A stretch of DNA of 63,995 nt, the filler included, from Jimgerdemannia flammicorona (taxonomy: Eukaryota): the NCBI GenBank assembly GCA_003990765.1. It is 3 parts of 3 records of this genome, joined end to end, with 100 filler letters (N's around TTAATTAATTAA, not from the genome) between each part and the next. Parts side by side here need not be neighbours in the genome. Positions count along the whole stretch, not along the records: positions 21,536 to 42,964 come from RBNJ01001455.1; positions 43,065 to 63,995 come from RBNJ01001564.1; 1 more part is not named here. The stretch is one strand, 5' to 3'. The notes beneath the pieces were generated by a model. It searched no databases. It saw only the letters and a list, made by a program, of their open reading frames with translations, and had not been told where the DNA came from. The number at the start of each line of letters is the position of its first letter. Positions within the stretch are counted from its first letter, which is position 1. The position numbers and the translations under genes are program-made. Positions 40,401 to 53,156 of the stretch are shown one piece after another.

Positions 40401-40790
40401 GCAAATAGTAGTCATTTTATAAATTTTAAAGTTTTAATAAATGTTAAAGTATTTACAAATGTCTATATTAAAGTTTTGACAATTATCAAGATTTAACAGA
40501 TATCAAGATTTAACACTTGTGAAAAGTGACTCATAGGAAATATAGTCATAACTTAGCTATCTTATAGCTAGCAAACTTGTATAAATATCTCCAATATCTA
40601 AAGTAAATAAACCTCAGATCAAAATAGTTCAAAGTAAAGATAAAGTAAGAGAACTAGTAAGTCTTTAGGTAGATATACTTTGAACTCACCCACCCCTATA
40701 TTCCAAGAACTCTGCAGAGTCAAGGAAGATCAAGTTTTCATAATACAGAAATCTGACATACTTATATAGTTATACATCTACTATGTTACA
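34467..40790 (+). mobile_element. Ty3/gypsy LTR retrotransposon family B (gag-PR-RT-RH-IN-ORF3), decayed
   Basis: 5' LTR remnant 34467-34656 matches 3' LTR 40309-40790. PBS-like tagtgcccattgac at 34660; PR IIDTGA about 36155; RT YMDDVII about 37830; IN TDRGIEF and KWGGPY; PPT ttcaggaggaagt. Confidence 0.92.
39818..40260 (+). pseudogene. Accessory ORF3 of family B (between IN and PPT)
   Basis: MANKLSTAAV...SRILQLGQLLNV...ITITK*VNKLFEDNKPAIAHF*EVVPGDFGYI, with several stops. Confidence 0.65.
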
Positions 40791-42960
40791 ATATAAAGTC
40801 CAACTTCTTTAATATTTGTTATAGCCAAATAGCTTCTTTTATTGTTGTGGGCAATGCTTGATATTTAGCTTATATAGATGATATTACTACTGAGCTCTGC
40901 TTAAAATATAACTCCTTTATTTAATTAAAAGAAATATCAAGTTATAAATCAATAATTATTAAAATCTCTAGCCCAATTAGTATCACAAGTACCAGATAGC
41001 TAGATACTATAACTCTTACTATTACTCTCACTTAATTCCATATTCCTACTCAATATAAATATATAGTATACCAATCTCTTTAAGTATCAAAAAATCCTCT
41101 TGATTGCTGACCAGTTTGAGTTATTATAGTATGAATAATACTGTACTACTTTATTGATAGTTTAGAATATATTAGACCATATTTAAAGTATGAGATATAT
41201 TAGGGAACTGATGGATTATTAATAGGGGATATTGGTAGTAATATATTTAATAGATATATTATTATCATCCTCAGATATAGTATTGTTATTCTCTGGCCTC
41301 CTTAACTTTATAAAAGTCTATATTAGGGTGTTAATAGACTTGGAATTACTTATATTAAGTATTCTAGAATTGTTTAAAAATAAATTTACTGTGATAGATA
41401 TATAGTATATATGTTTTTATCATATATAATATATAGATATTCTTAAAAGAAAAAATATTTTGTCCATGTTTATCATTTTCAATTTTTAGTATAAAGTTTC
41501 TTTAACTCTATTAAATCTATTCTTTATTATAATAATGATATACATATCAACCCAAATATCTATAAAAGCAACTCTATTAGTATATTATTATATATATATA
41601 TATATAATTATCTATTTTATATTATTATAATCTATTATTAAGGAGATATTTATTGTTTTTTCAGTTCTATAGATTGACTGCTTGCTTAATATCATCTAAC
41701 TCTTTATGTAGTATCTTTTTATAGTTTATATACTAACTTGTTATTCTAGTCTAATATTCACAATAAATTGAATTAAATTAAATTTGACTGAAATTCAATT
41801 TGATTCAATTAAATCAAAGACTAATTCAATTCAAAATATAATAACTTAACAAATATATATCCAAATTGAATAGTTTTTAACTTATTAGATTCTACTATAT
41901 AGAGTAAATATAACAAGCAAAAAATTATTAAATTTGGATATGATTTTGTCAAGTTATTGTATTCCTAAAAATATTATTCAAATTGGACCCTTGTTTTGAT
42001 TTGATTGATTTAGAAATACTATTCTGACCATTATATAGCTCATATTCTTATAGCTAGTAAATGTATAACTCTATATATATCTATATATATTATTGTTAAA
42101 AAAGGCTATCTTATATTTATCTGATAAATTTCCAGATTATATAGCATCCAAATTATAAGAAGTATTCTCAGAAAAGTAAGTTTGAATGGTGGAGAAAATG
42201 TCTTATTATTGTTAAAACTAAAATCTTATAAATAATCCTTAGTAATGAAATGTACTTTAAATAATTCTACAATTTGATAACTTTTGTAATTAGTCTTATA
42301 GACTAAATGAGATCCAATAGTCTGTCAATTAGCCAGAAGTAGTATTAGATCCCACATTCTATTCTTGATAAGTAAATTATACTCTTCATCTATAGCACAT
42401 TTCTATTTCTTATTGTTAGGAGAGATTATTACTTTATTATATATACTTATCACATTGGAAGTTGGGATAAATATATATTTATATACTTCAGCATAACTCA
42501 TGTGATCTGTCTGAGGCTTACTGGTATATTCTAATAACTTTCTAATTCAGAATATATCTCATTTCTGAGCTTATGCTTTGGCTTTTACTTACTCTTATAT
42601 ACTCTTAATAGATCTCTTATCACTGGAGGCTTTATTATTATCTTTATTATTGATTTCTATTATCCTTGGCTCAGATAACACTAATAGCTGTGAATAATTT
42701 TCAACCAACTGTATTTGAAATATTTTTCTTTACTGCTAAAAGTTAGAGATAGAAATAATAATTACACTGGCTACTATATTTATACTAACTGAGATAAAGA
42801 GGTTTTGATAGATATATCTATATAAATCTCCTGATTGTTGTCTTTCTTAAATATAATATTATATAAGATTACTATTGATACTTATATAGATTTCACAGTC
42901 TATATAATTTATTATTATATATAAAAAATATGTATCTATCTATCTTAGACCCAAACTTAT
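40791..42960 (-). mobile_element. Ty1/copia RT-RNase H relic, with a small AT-rich insertion at about 41755-41990
   Basis: AIDEEYNLLIKNRMWDL (RT start), WSAIKRIF*YLK, AKYQAL...KEAIWL (copia RNase H). Confidence 0.8.
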
Positions 42961-42964
42961 ATCT

Positions 42965-43063
42965 NNNNNNNNNNNNNNNNNNNNNNNNNNNNNNNNNNNN
43001 NNNNNNNNTTAATTAATTAANNNNNNNNNNNNNNNNNNNNNNNNNNNNNNNNNNNNNNNNNNN
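42965..43063. other. Assembly gap with stop linker
   Basis: N-run containing TTAATTAATTAA. Confidence 0.97.
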
Positions 43064-43572
43064 NTTTTTTTCATAGTCACTTGGACTTCTCCATTTATTA
43101 CTAGTCTATTAATAAGATTACAGTATTATCTCTCACTACTCAATCTCCATAGGGGAGCTCCTCTCTACATTATCATGAATAAAGACTACTTTCTCACCCA
43201 CTACTCCAACCCTCTCCCTACTCTGCCTACAGACTTTCTCTACTAAGTGATATCTCTGACCACCCTACAAATCCCAACCAAGTCACCAGTCTGTCAAAGT
43301 ATCTTCCATAAGCCTTTGCCAATATAACAGCTAGACCTCTAAGCCCAATCTTCTTCTATCCTCAAAAACAAATAACCAGTAACTGGTCAGCTTCACTCAA
43401 ATCACCAAAACCCAACCTAAGATAAGCCACTCCTTCCCCACTCCCCCCACTAGTCTATTTCTCAAATCCTCTCATTGACTCTATATACTATCCCCTCTAC
43501 ACACTACCCATAAATAATTCCCAACAGCCTGCTAAAAGTTACTAAGTATTTTACACTCTCCTAGTCAATATT
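43064..43572 (-). mobile_element. 3' end of an L1/Tx1-like LINE with poly(A)
   Basis: Aligns with 58179-58650. The T-run plus 'atagtc' matches the LINE tail at 63971-63995. Confidence 0.75.
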
Positions 43573-43639
43573 CTAGTATTAGTGCTCTGCAAACCTGACC
43601 CAATTAACCTGAAACCTGACCTGTAAAACAGCCAACCTG

Positions 43640-43860
43640 GAATTAGATGTCACCTATCTTTAATCTAACCCAGAATTATACATCATCCATCTTTAATCTG
43701 ACCTAGAATTATATATCACCCATCTTTAACTTGACTCAGAATTGTATGTCACCCATCTTTAATCTGATCTGAAAAGATATATTACCCATCTTTAATCCAA
43801 CTTGGAATTAAATATAATCCATCTTTAGCCTGACCTAGAAATATATGTCACCTGACCTGT
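43640..43860 (+). repeat. 33-bp tandem array (left subterminal repeats of the hAT element)
   Basis: Unit about cacc(c/t)atctttaa(c/t)ctgacc(c/t)agaattatat(a/g)t; inverted relative to 57900-58145. Confidence 0.85.
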
Positions 43861-45076
43861 TATTTACCCTTAACCCAAATCTAAACCTGACCCCTGAACC
43901 CAACTCTGAACCTGACCTCTAAACCCAACCCTGAACCCAATCCTCTGAACTCTGCTCTGAAAAAATGATTTGGAAAATATTTAGATAATATTCAGAGTAA
44001 TTGAAAGTGAAAAATATCTGAAGACTACCAAGAATCTAAACACATATATGCATGAATTATATTTACACATAAGCTATTTCGACATTCAGTCACTAGCTCA
44101 CCAGCAATAGAAAAAATACATTCAGATGGAACAGATGTTGCTGAAATAGTAAGATAATTGTAAGCCATTTATGAAAGATTAGGATATACTGACTGATTTC
44201 ATCACCATCAATCTAGTATATCTATAGGAGGATTAGATAGATTCTCTAACAAATAACTGAAATAGAGAAAGATGAGTGAAAATTAACCAAGTTAACCAAA
44301 AAACATAAAAACAACACCCATTATTCAAGCTCATCATCCACATCAATATGCTGTTTCTTCTCATATATTGAGTTGATAAAATCATTGACATCATGAGATA
44401 TTGAGGGTATAATGACAGCATTAATAGGCTTATACTCCTTTTACCAGATATATTCCATCTGATTCTTTCATTCATCAATTAAGGATTTTTTTCATTGCTT
44501 ATGACAGAAATAATGCATATTGATATGTAGATCTAAGGCTGAAGCTATGCTATATAATGGTGTTGTCTTGTAGTAATACTTTAGAAGTTTCATATGCTGT
44601 CATGTAGTGGTTGCTGAGTTCTTCAAATATGCTAGATTCTCTTCAAGGTGTATCTCTTAGACTAACTCAAGTTTGTTATAAGCAAGTTCTTATTGGAGTA
44701 CCTTCCCAAGGTCTTATAGTCCTCAAACTTCTTATCTTTAAACTGTCTTATTATCTCTTAGATTGCTTGCAAGGAAGTGTGTGTATTGCACTGAGAAAAC
44801 TGACTTTATTTCAGAGAAAATAAGAGGGGTATTTATACAAAATATAATTCAATGGTTGCTAAGATATAAAGCTAAATATAAATTTTAATAACTAAAACTA
44901 CTAAGTTCCAGGGTCAGCACTGATGGTTGTATAGGTTCAGAATGCTGGTATAATTCAGTATCACATTAGAATACTGGTGCTAGAACAATTTTGCATTACC
45001 TCAGAATGCCAGTACTGGCATTATCCAGTGTTACATCAAAATACTGGTGCTGGCATTATTTAGTATAACAAGGAAC

Positions 45077-45874
45077 TTAGAGCAGAATGTTCAGGATCAT
45101 GGGGGCTTCATCATCATCATCATCATCACTGAAGGAGATGAGATCTGCAAATTCATCATTTTCACATGCTTTGATATCGCATGGGATGACATCATCACTG
45201 ATGATGTCATCACATTCGGTGGTAGGGAAATCGGGGGCTCTCCAATCTATGAGGTTCTCTTCCACAAAATAAGGGACAAATGTGGGATCTTGGGGAGATC
45301 TAACCTGGATACTTGGGCCTTGGAATACTGAGATCAATTCTTGCAGAAATTGGTCTGAGTTGTTCTGAAGGATGGGGTGCTAGAAGTTTTCTACTTCTTC
45401 ACTGTTGAGGGTGATAGTGGACTGGGCTTCTGTAGCTACTCTGGCTTCTAGTGCATTGATGCAGTGGGATGACAGGTCTCTGAAATCTGAGACTCTAACA
45501 TACTCTAAGTTGGGGATCAACTATGGTGTATGCCTGAAGATCTAATGGATCTTCTTAGCTGTTCTTGTTTCATGTATATCCATGGGAGTGGCATCTTGTA
45601 GCTCTTGAGTACTGGCCTGTGGGAACTCCTGGCAGAGGAGGTTTCCTATTTCATACTTCTGCCACATTTGGAGGCATTCGGTAGCAATGATGATCCTTGT
45701 TTCTATTTCACAGTGGTAGAGGATAAAGTGATAGGGATCTGCAGTACCAAGGTTGATACTAGGAGTCCTTCTTGAGTGAGTCCTCATGGCTCTTCTGATG
45801 TCTTGGAACATCCTTTCCTCAACTGAGATGCCTTGGTAGTTCCTTGACCTTGAGGTTTGGTGAGTAGCAGGCAT
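45077..45874 (-). pseudogene. LTR-encoded accessory ORF3 of family C (3' LTR copy, 265 codons, several stops)
   Basis: Same length and frame as 52359-53156. Its stops fall at different positions from those in the other LTR. Confidence 0.8.
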
Positions 45875-48800
45875 TTCATTTGTGGTAAGTCTTTGAGCTA
45901 TTTTGGGATTAGTGGTTCTTGTTGGTTGCTGCTACTGCAGTTCCTTGATCTTTCTTTTATATTCTTCAGGATGCTTGAACTGTGGTCACAATGACTCACA
46001 GTTGGTCATCATTACTCATCTCATATGCCATATGATCTTCTTGTGCTCTGATCTGGTGGCTTGCAAGGAAAGGCTGTCTCCTGTACTGATGTCATCATTC
46101 TGGGGTTACTGTTATATCTTCCTCCTGAATAAGGATCTTCCTGAGCATCCTTATTCATTGGTCCAGTTCTGAAAAATTTGCTGATCCCATAACCTCTGGC
46201 AAGGGGTTGAAAAGTGGTATTAATGGGCTGGCATCTTCCCTTTGTATTTTGACATAATGGTGAAGGGTCACTCCCTTCATATAGAGCAAGGGCCTGATTC
46301 TGATCTTGATCAATCAGTTGATGGTTTGAACTTCTCTGACTTTGAAAGTCTTATGGATGAGTAGTTGCTAGTGCCATATCCCTTAGAGAATGGTTCAGAC
46401 AGATAGCCTGCTGGTCATGAGACATGCTGTTATGATTCATGGACTAGAACCTCATGGGTGGTCATCACATTTTGCTTCTCTTGTATAGATTTATGGTACT
46501 TCTTGAGTCTGTTCCTATATACTATAGTAGGCAGTATAGTCCCTGAGATTTTTCTAAGCCAGAAGGTAGTTCTCTTAATATCTTGCACATAGACGGGTCC
46601 TTCCCATTTGGGCTCTAGTTTTTGTGACCATAAGGCTTCTACCATATTTTGATATAGTAGAACCTTTTCTCTGATTTGGATGGGTTCTAGGGCCATGTGA
46701 TTCTTTTCTGCATTCTTCCTTGTCAGCACTTGTGACTTGGTGATGTAATCTTCAGCCTTCTTCCTGATTTGGTGTAGTCTCTGGATTTCTGCATCAACCT
46801 GTCTCCAGTTAGGTCTAGATTTGTGGCTGAGGTTCCATCAGAATCTTCTTCTCTGAAGAGCAACTCCCTTGGGGTAAAGTGTGTACTCTGTGACTGTATA
46901 TCTCATAGAACAGAGAGGGCAGTTGGGAGATAATTATCCCAATTCTCATATGTCTCTGAGATCTTCACTAGGATGTTCTTGAGGGTCTTGTTGGTTCTCT
47001 CTGTCTATCCATTTCCTTGAGGGTGGTATGCAGTAGTCTTGATGTGCTGGATCTTGTATTTCTGATACATTATCTCATGGAATCCATTGACAAATTCTGT
47101 TCTATGGTCTGTTGTGATTTACTTTGGTGTCTTATAGTAGCAGATGATTTCTCAGTACAGGAAGTCAGCTATAGAGAGGACATTAGCTTCTTGTAATATT
47201 CCTGTCTCTATCTATTTGGTGAAGAGGTCTATAATAACTATAATATAATGGTTTCCTGATAGTGTTACTGATAGCAGTCCAATGATATCCATTGCAATGT
47301 GGTGGAAGGGGATAGGCTCAATTCTTGATGATCCAGGTATCTGGTCTTGCTGATCTTATTTCTGTTTTTGGCACTTGTCATACTCTTTGACAAATTGGTA
47401 CAGGTCTTCTTCCATCTTGGGCCACCACATGGTTCTTCTTGCCTTGTCATATGTATTGGTTCTTCCTAGGTGTCCTTGCTCATATACTTCCTTCATTACT
47501 TGATACTTCTTGTGTTTGGGTATTTCTAGCTTTCTTCCTTTTCTGAGTGTAGTGTTGTCTAGTTTAAACTGTTTCCAAGTCCAGTTGATAATAGTGATTG
47601 TCCAGGGTTCGAGGTGGTTGGACATCTTCCGCTGCCCAAGATAGCTGATTAATCCATAGTATAGCTCCTTATTCATGTTGAATAGTCTTGATGGAGGTGT
47701 TTCGGGGTATCCTTGAGAGTGCATCGGCATTGGTATTGGTCTTTTCTAAGTGGTGCTTAATAGTACAGTCATACTCTTGCAGCCTGTAGATCTATCTGGC
47801 ATATATTCCTTTGGGGTTCAGAGTGTGGAATAGTCAGGCAAGAGTGGAATGGTCTGTTTGAATGGTGAAGTGTTTTCTGACTAAGTAGTAGTGGAACTTG
47901 TCTACTGCTCAAACTACTGCTAAGCATTCAAGCTTGCATGACTTGTAGTTCTGTTCTGCTCTGTGGGTACCTTGGCTTACATAAGAGATGATATATTCAT
48001 GTCCATCTTTCTTCTGAGCTAGAACTGCTCTAAGTCCTATAGTACTTGCATCTGTCTGCAGGATGAATTCTAGGTTCCAGTCTGGTCTTCTGATGATAGG
48101 TGTTTGAGTTAATCTGATCTTGAGTTTATTGAAGATTTCTTAGTGCTCCTTGGTCTATTTGAATTTGGTCTCCTTATTCAGTAGCTCATAGATAGGTGCT
48201 GCAATGTTGGAGTATCCTTTGATGAACCTTCTGTAGTAGCTGGCCAGTCCAAGGAAGGCATGGACTTCTGTGGTTGTTCTGGGTCTTGGATAGGCTGCAA
48301 CAGCCTCAATCTTTATGGGGTCTATGTGGATTCCAGTCTGGTTGATGAGATGTTCTAGATAAGCGATTTCCTGGGCTGCAAACTTATATTTCTTGGGCTT
48401 GATGTAGAGGCCATGCTCCTTGAGCTTCTTGAGGACTAGCTGTATGTGATTGACATGTTCCTGTACAGTGTTGCTGAAGATGATCACATCATCAATATAG
48501 ATAAAGAGCCATTTTCCAATCTCATTGCTGAAGACTCTGTTCATCATTTACTGAAAACTTGCTAGGGCATTACACATTCCAAATGGTATTTGCAAATAGA
48601 TATAGGTGATGTCAGGTGTGATGAAGGCTGATTTCTTACTGGCATCTTGAGTGAGACCAATCTGATGGAAGCCTGAGAACAGATCCAAGGTGGTGTAGTA
48701 TTTGGCTTTGCTTCCAAGAGTGGTAAGGATTTCTTGAATATTCGGCAAGGGCTGCCTATCCTTCTTAGTAATGGTATTAAGCTTTCTGTAGTCAATGCAG

Positions 48801-51800
48801 AGTCTTGGTGCAAACTCTCCAAGCTTGCTTTCTTTCTTTGGGGCAAGAACAATGAGTGAGGCCCAGGGGCTGATAGCTTGCTTGATGATTCTGACTTCTT
48901 CTATTTCCTTGAGTTCTGCTCACAGCCATTCTCTGTAGGCAGGTGGTATGGGTCTGGCTTTCTGGTAGATGGGCTTGGTATCACTGGTGTCAACTTTGTG
49001 ATAGTACTTAGGTTCTTGATTGTGGATATCCCTGAAGTCTGTAGCAAGTACTCCTTCATTCTGATACAGGATCTTGAGAAGTTGTTCCTCCAGGGAAAAG
49101 TTTTCTCTAATAGTATATGTGTACTTGTTCTGGTCCTTGTCTTTCTTGTATTTAAGTTCAGTTATCTTAGTGATGGTATAGGCTCCTCTTTCAGTAGATC
49201 CAAAGCCTTGTTCTCCTCTCTTGATCTTGATGAGTTCAATGACTTCAATGATCTTGGGTTTCTTGATTTCATGGATCAGCTGGCCAATCCTGTCATGCTT
49301 CTTAACTTCAAATGGGGTGGTGTGGTTGTGATTTCTGACTATGAGGAAGATCTCGCCAGTATAATCAAGGTCAATTACTCCTCCTTCAACTGAGATTTCG
49401 CTTTTGGCCAGACTGCTCTTAGTCTTGATGATTCTGGTATAGTTCTCTGGTAACTTGACTCCAATTCCTGTGCCAAGTAGAGTGGTGGTCTATGGTTCAA
49501 GGGTAGCATCTTGAATGCTGGCAAGGTCCATTTCTATGGCTCCTTCAGTCTTATATTCTGGGATCTTGGCTTCAGGGTGAAACTTCTTGACCTTGAGGGT
49601 GATATCTGATTCTTGTTCCTCCTCATTGTCACTGTCAGCTTGAAGTTCTGGGGGCTGGTCATCTTCTTCAGCTTTCCTTTTTGCTTCGGCAGCTTCTTAC
49701 TCATGTTTCTATTGGTGGATTTTCCTGACTTCACTGATATAGGACCAGCAGTCATTCAGGTATTTAGAGCAGTACATCCTAGTACTATGGAGGCATCTTC
49801 CTTGAGGGGCATACCTATCGATAATCTTATTGTACCACTGCTCATCTGTGAGCTTGGGTGTCTTGTTCTTGTTCTTGTTCACCGAGTGTATGAAGACTTC
49901 TGTGTCTTTTTCATCTCCTTCCTCTATATCTGGTAGAACTTCTTTTTTTTTTTTTTTTTTTTTTGGTAGAACTCCTTTGTGGACATTGATAGAGACTTGT
50001 ACCTTTGTTCCTCTATAGTTGATCTGCATCTTCTGGGCATTGAGATCAATGATGGCCTTGGCCTTGTGAAGCTATTGGTTACCAATGAGGATGTCATAAT
50101 TGGTGGCACTTGTAACAATCATGTCTATTGGGATGGTAGCTCCTCCTATCTTGATGGGGACTTCTTGGATTTTGCTAAGGAGGATAGCTCGTATACCATC
50201 TGCTGTGACATAGACCATCTTGGTGGACTCTTCAATATCCCAGCCTAGGTGGTCAATTGCCTTCTTGCTCATGAGGCATCCTCCAGCACCAGTATCAATG
50301 ATGGCATCAAAGATACAGTCTTTGATCTGACAGGGGGTATAGGCTGATATCTTGTGCTGGTCTTCAGATTCTTCACCTGAGTTCTCAGATTCTTTCTGTA
50401 CATTGTGAGCTTCTACAATCTTATACTCTTGATTCTTGGTGGTAGTTGCAAGTCCTACTCTCAACTGCTGTCTGAAGGCAGTAACTTCAGTTAGTTGTCC
50501 AAAAGTAGTATTGATCTTCTGTTTCTTGAGGTCCTTGTAGATGTCATACTGATGGATCTTGGTCTTATGCAGCTTCTGTTTCTTCTTGCTTTCACTTTCT
50601 CCTGAGACTGGAGTAGTGCCTTCAATGATTTGGTGGGTAGCTTCATCTAACTCCATGTCTTGATCAATCTCCTCAGGTTGGATATTGCTTTGAATAGTGA
50701 CAGCTAGGGTCTTCTTTGGTCTTCCAACTGACTTGCTGTTGCTCTTCTTGTCATAGGACTTGGACTGGGTTCTGGTACCTTCAGTAGCAGGGTAGAATTC
50801 AAGCTCCTCATAGTATTCTTTATCATCAGTATCACCAATCTCCTTGATGACAACTGTATTGATTTGTTCTCTAGTTCTGCTAGCATTGCTTGGTTGGGCT
50901 TTGCATCTTGTTTCAGTCATGCAACTCTTTGCATAGTGGTCTTCTTCTCCACATCTGAAGTATATAATATTGTATTCTTCTGTAGCAGCTGCAAATCTCT
51001 ACACTGGTCTCCTGTTGGCACTTCAGACTTCTCTAACAACATCACCAAGGTGTGCAGTCATCTCAGTAAACTGCTTGGTGAGTTCTTCCACTGGGTCAGC
51101 TTTGGCTGTCTTGGGGGTAGATGGGGTTGGTTGTCTGTTTACAACTGTGGCAGGTATAATACTAGTTGGCTTTGATGGCTCTATCTTGATGCCAGTTATT
51201 TTCTCTATTGAGTGTTCAGCAGGGTGTCTGGCAGTCCAATATCTCTGTGCAAAGACCACTTTCTGATCAAGAGTCAGTGCAGCTGAGGTAGATCGGATTG
51301 CTAGGGCAATTTCAGGATGAACTCCTTTGAGGAAGATTGAATCTGCTATTTGTTTCTTGAGGTGGTCATCATAGCCAGCCAAGACAATCTAATGGCAGAT
51401 TTGGGTATAGAATGAGTTGGGATCTTCACTAAGTCTCTGGCAGATAGTATTGAGTTGATCCTTGAGAGCTTGCTTGATCTCTTCAGTATAATATGTTGTT
51501 CTGAGGAAGACCTTCATGTTGGCAAGTTTGGCTGCACCAGTATTAGCAATGGTAGCTGTATTGAACTTGTCTCTGGCAGGTCCTCTGAGACTGACTGATA
51601 GAAGGGCTAATTGAGCATCCACACCAAGGGCTCATATGGTGGCGAAATGTTCAAAGTCTTCAATGAAGGTCAGGATTGACTCTTCAGTAGTATATTCATA
51701 GAATGTGGGGGGATGCATTTCCATCTTGTCTTGAATTCTTGCAGGGGTGACTCTTGTAGTCAGGGTAGTTGTTGTGGGGATTGTTTGTTTTTCAGCTTGA

Positions 51801-52358
51801 AAGTGAGGGATTCATCTTGAATCACTAGTCAATAGGCACCAAGTTGTCATGTAGTGGTTGCTGAGTCCTTCAAATATACCAGATTCTCTTCAAGGTGTAT
51901 CTCTTAGACTAACTCAAGTTTGTTATAAGCAAGTTCTTATTGGAGTGCCTTCTCAAGGTCTTATAGTCCTCAAACTTCTTATCTTTAAACTGTCTTGTTA
52001 TCTCTTAGATTGCTTACAAGGAAGTGTATATATTGCACTGAGAAGACTGACTTTATTTCAGAGGAAATAAGAGGGGTATTTATACAAAATATAATTCAAT
52101 AGTTGCTAAGATATAAAGCTAAATATAAATTCCAATAACTAAAACTACTAAGTTTCAGAGTCAGCACTAATAGTTGTACAGGTTCAGAATGCTGTTATAA
52201 TTTAGTGTCACATCAGAATACCAGTGCTAGAATAATTTTGCATCACCTCAGAATGCCAATGCTGGCATTATCCTGTATTACATCAAAATACTAGTACTGG
52301 CATTATCCAGTATTATATCAAAATACCGGTGCTGGCATTATTCAGTGTAACAAGGAAC

Positions 52359-53156
52359 TTAGAGCAAAATGTTCAGGATCATGGGGGCTTCATCATCATC
52401 ATCATCATCACTGAAGGAGATGAGATCCATGAATTCATCGTTTTCATGTACTTCGATGTCATGCAGGATGACATCATTGCTAATGATGTCATCACATTTG
52501 GCAGTGGGGAAATCAGGGGCTCTCCAATCTATGAGGTTCTCTTCCACAAAATAAGGAACAAATGTGGGGTCTTGGAGAGATCTAACCTGGATGCTTAGAC
52601 CTTGGAATACTGAGATCAATCCTTGCAGGAATTGGTCTGGGTTGTCCTGAAGGATGGGGTGCCAGAAGTCTTCTACTTCTTCACTATTGAGGGTGATAGT
52701 GGACTGGGCTTCTGTAGCTACCCTGGCTTCTAGTACATTGATGCGGTGGGATGACAGGTCTCTGAAATCTGAGACTCTAACATACTCCAAGTTGGGAATT
52801 GACCATGGTACATGTCTGAAGATCTGATGGATTTTCTTAGCTGTCCTTGTTTCATGTATATCCATGAGAGTGGTATCTTGTAGCTCTTGAGTACTGGTCT
52901 GTGGGAACTCCCGGCAGAGGAGGTTTCCTATTTCGTACTTCTGCTACATTTGGAGGCATTCAGTAGCAATGGTGATCCTTGTTTCCATTTCACAGTAGTA
53001 GAGGATAAAGTGATAAGGATCTGTGGTACCCAAGTTGACACTAGGAGTTCTTCTTGAGTAGGTCCTCATGGCTCTTCTGATGTCTTGGAACATCCTTTTC
53101 TCAACTGAGATGCCTTGGTAGTTCCTTGATCTTGAGGTTTGGTGGGCAGCAGGCAT
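52359..53156 (-). pseudogene. LTR-encoded accessory ORF3 of family C (5' LTR copy, single TGG>TAG stop)
   Basis: The ORF-track pieces 52944-53156 and 52359-52865 are one frame. The TAG at 52944 is TGG in the other LTR. Confidence 0.82.

Noticed and set aside
45060..45072. Internal TGTTAYAC as the start of a short (about 470-bp) LTR for family C
   Set aside because: No PPT precedes it. The repeat homology continues to 46116/53398, where a PPT and a decayed TGTAAC terminus are found.
45077..45874. ORF3 as an env gene
   Set aside because: No signal peptide, transmembrane segment or fusion-protein features in any of the four versions.
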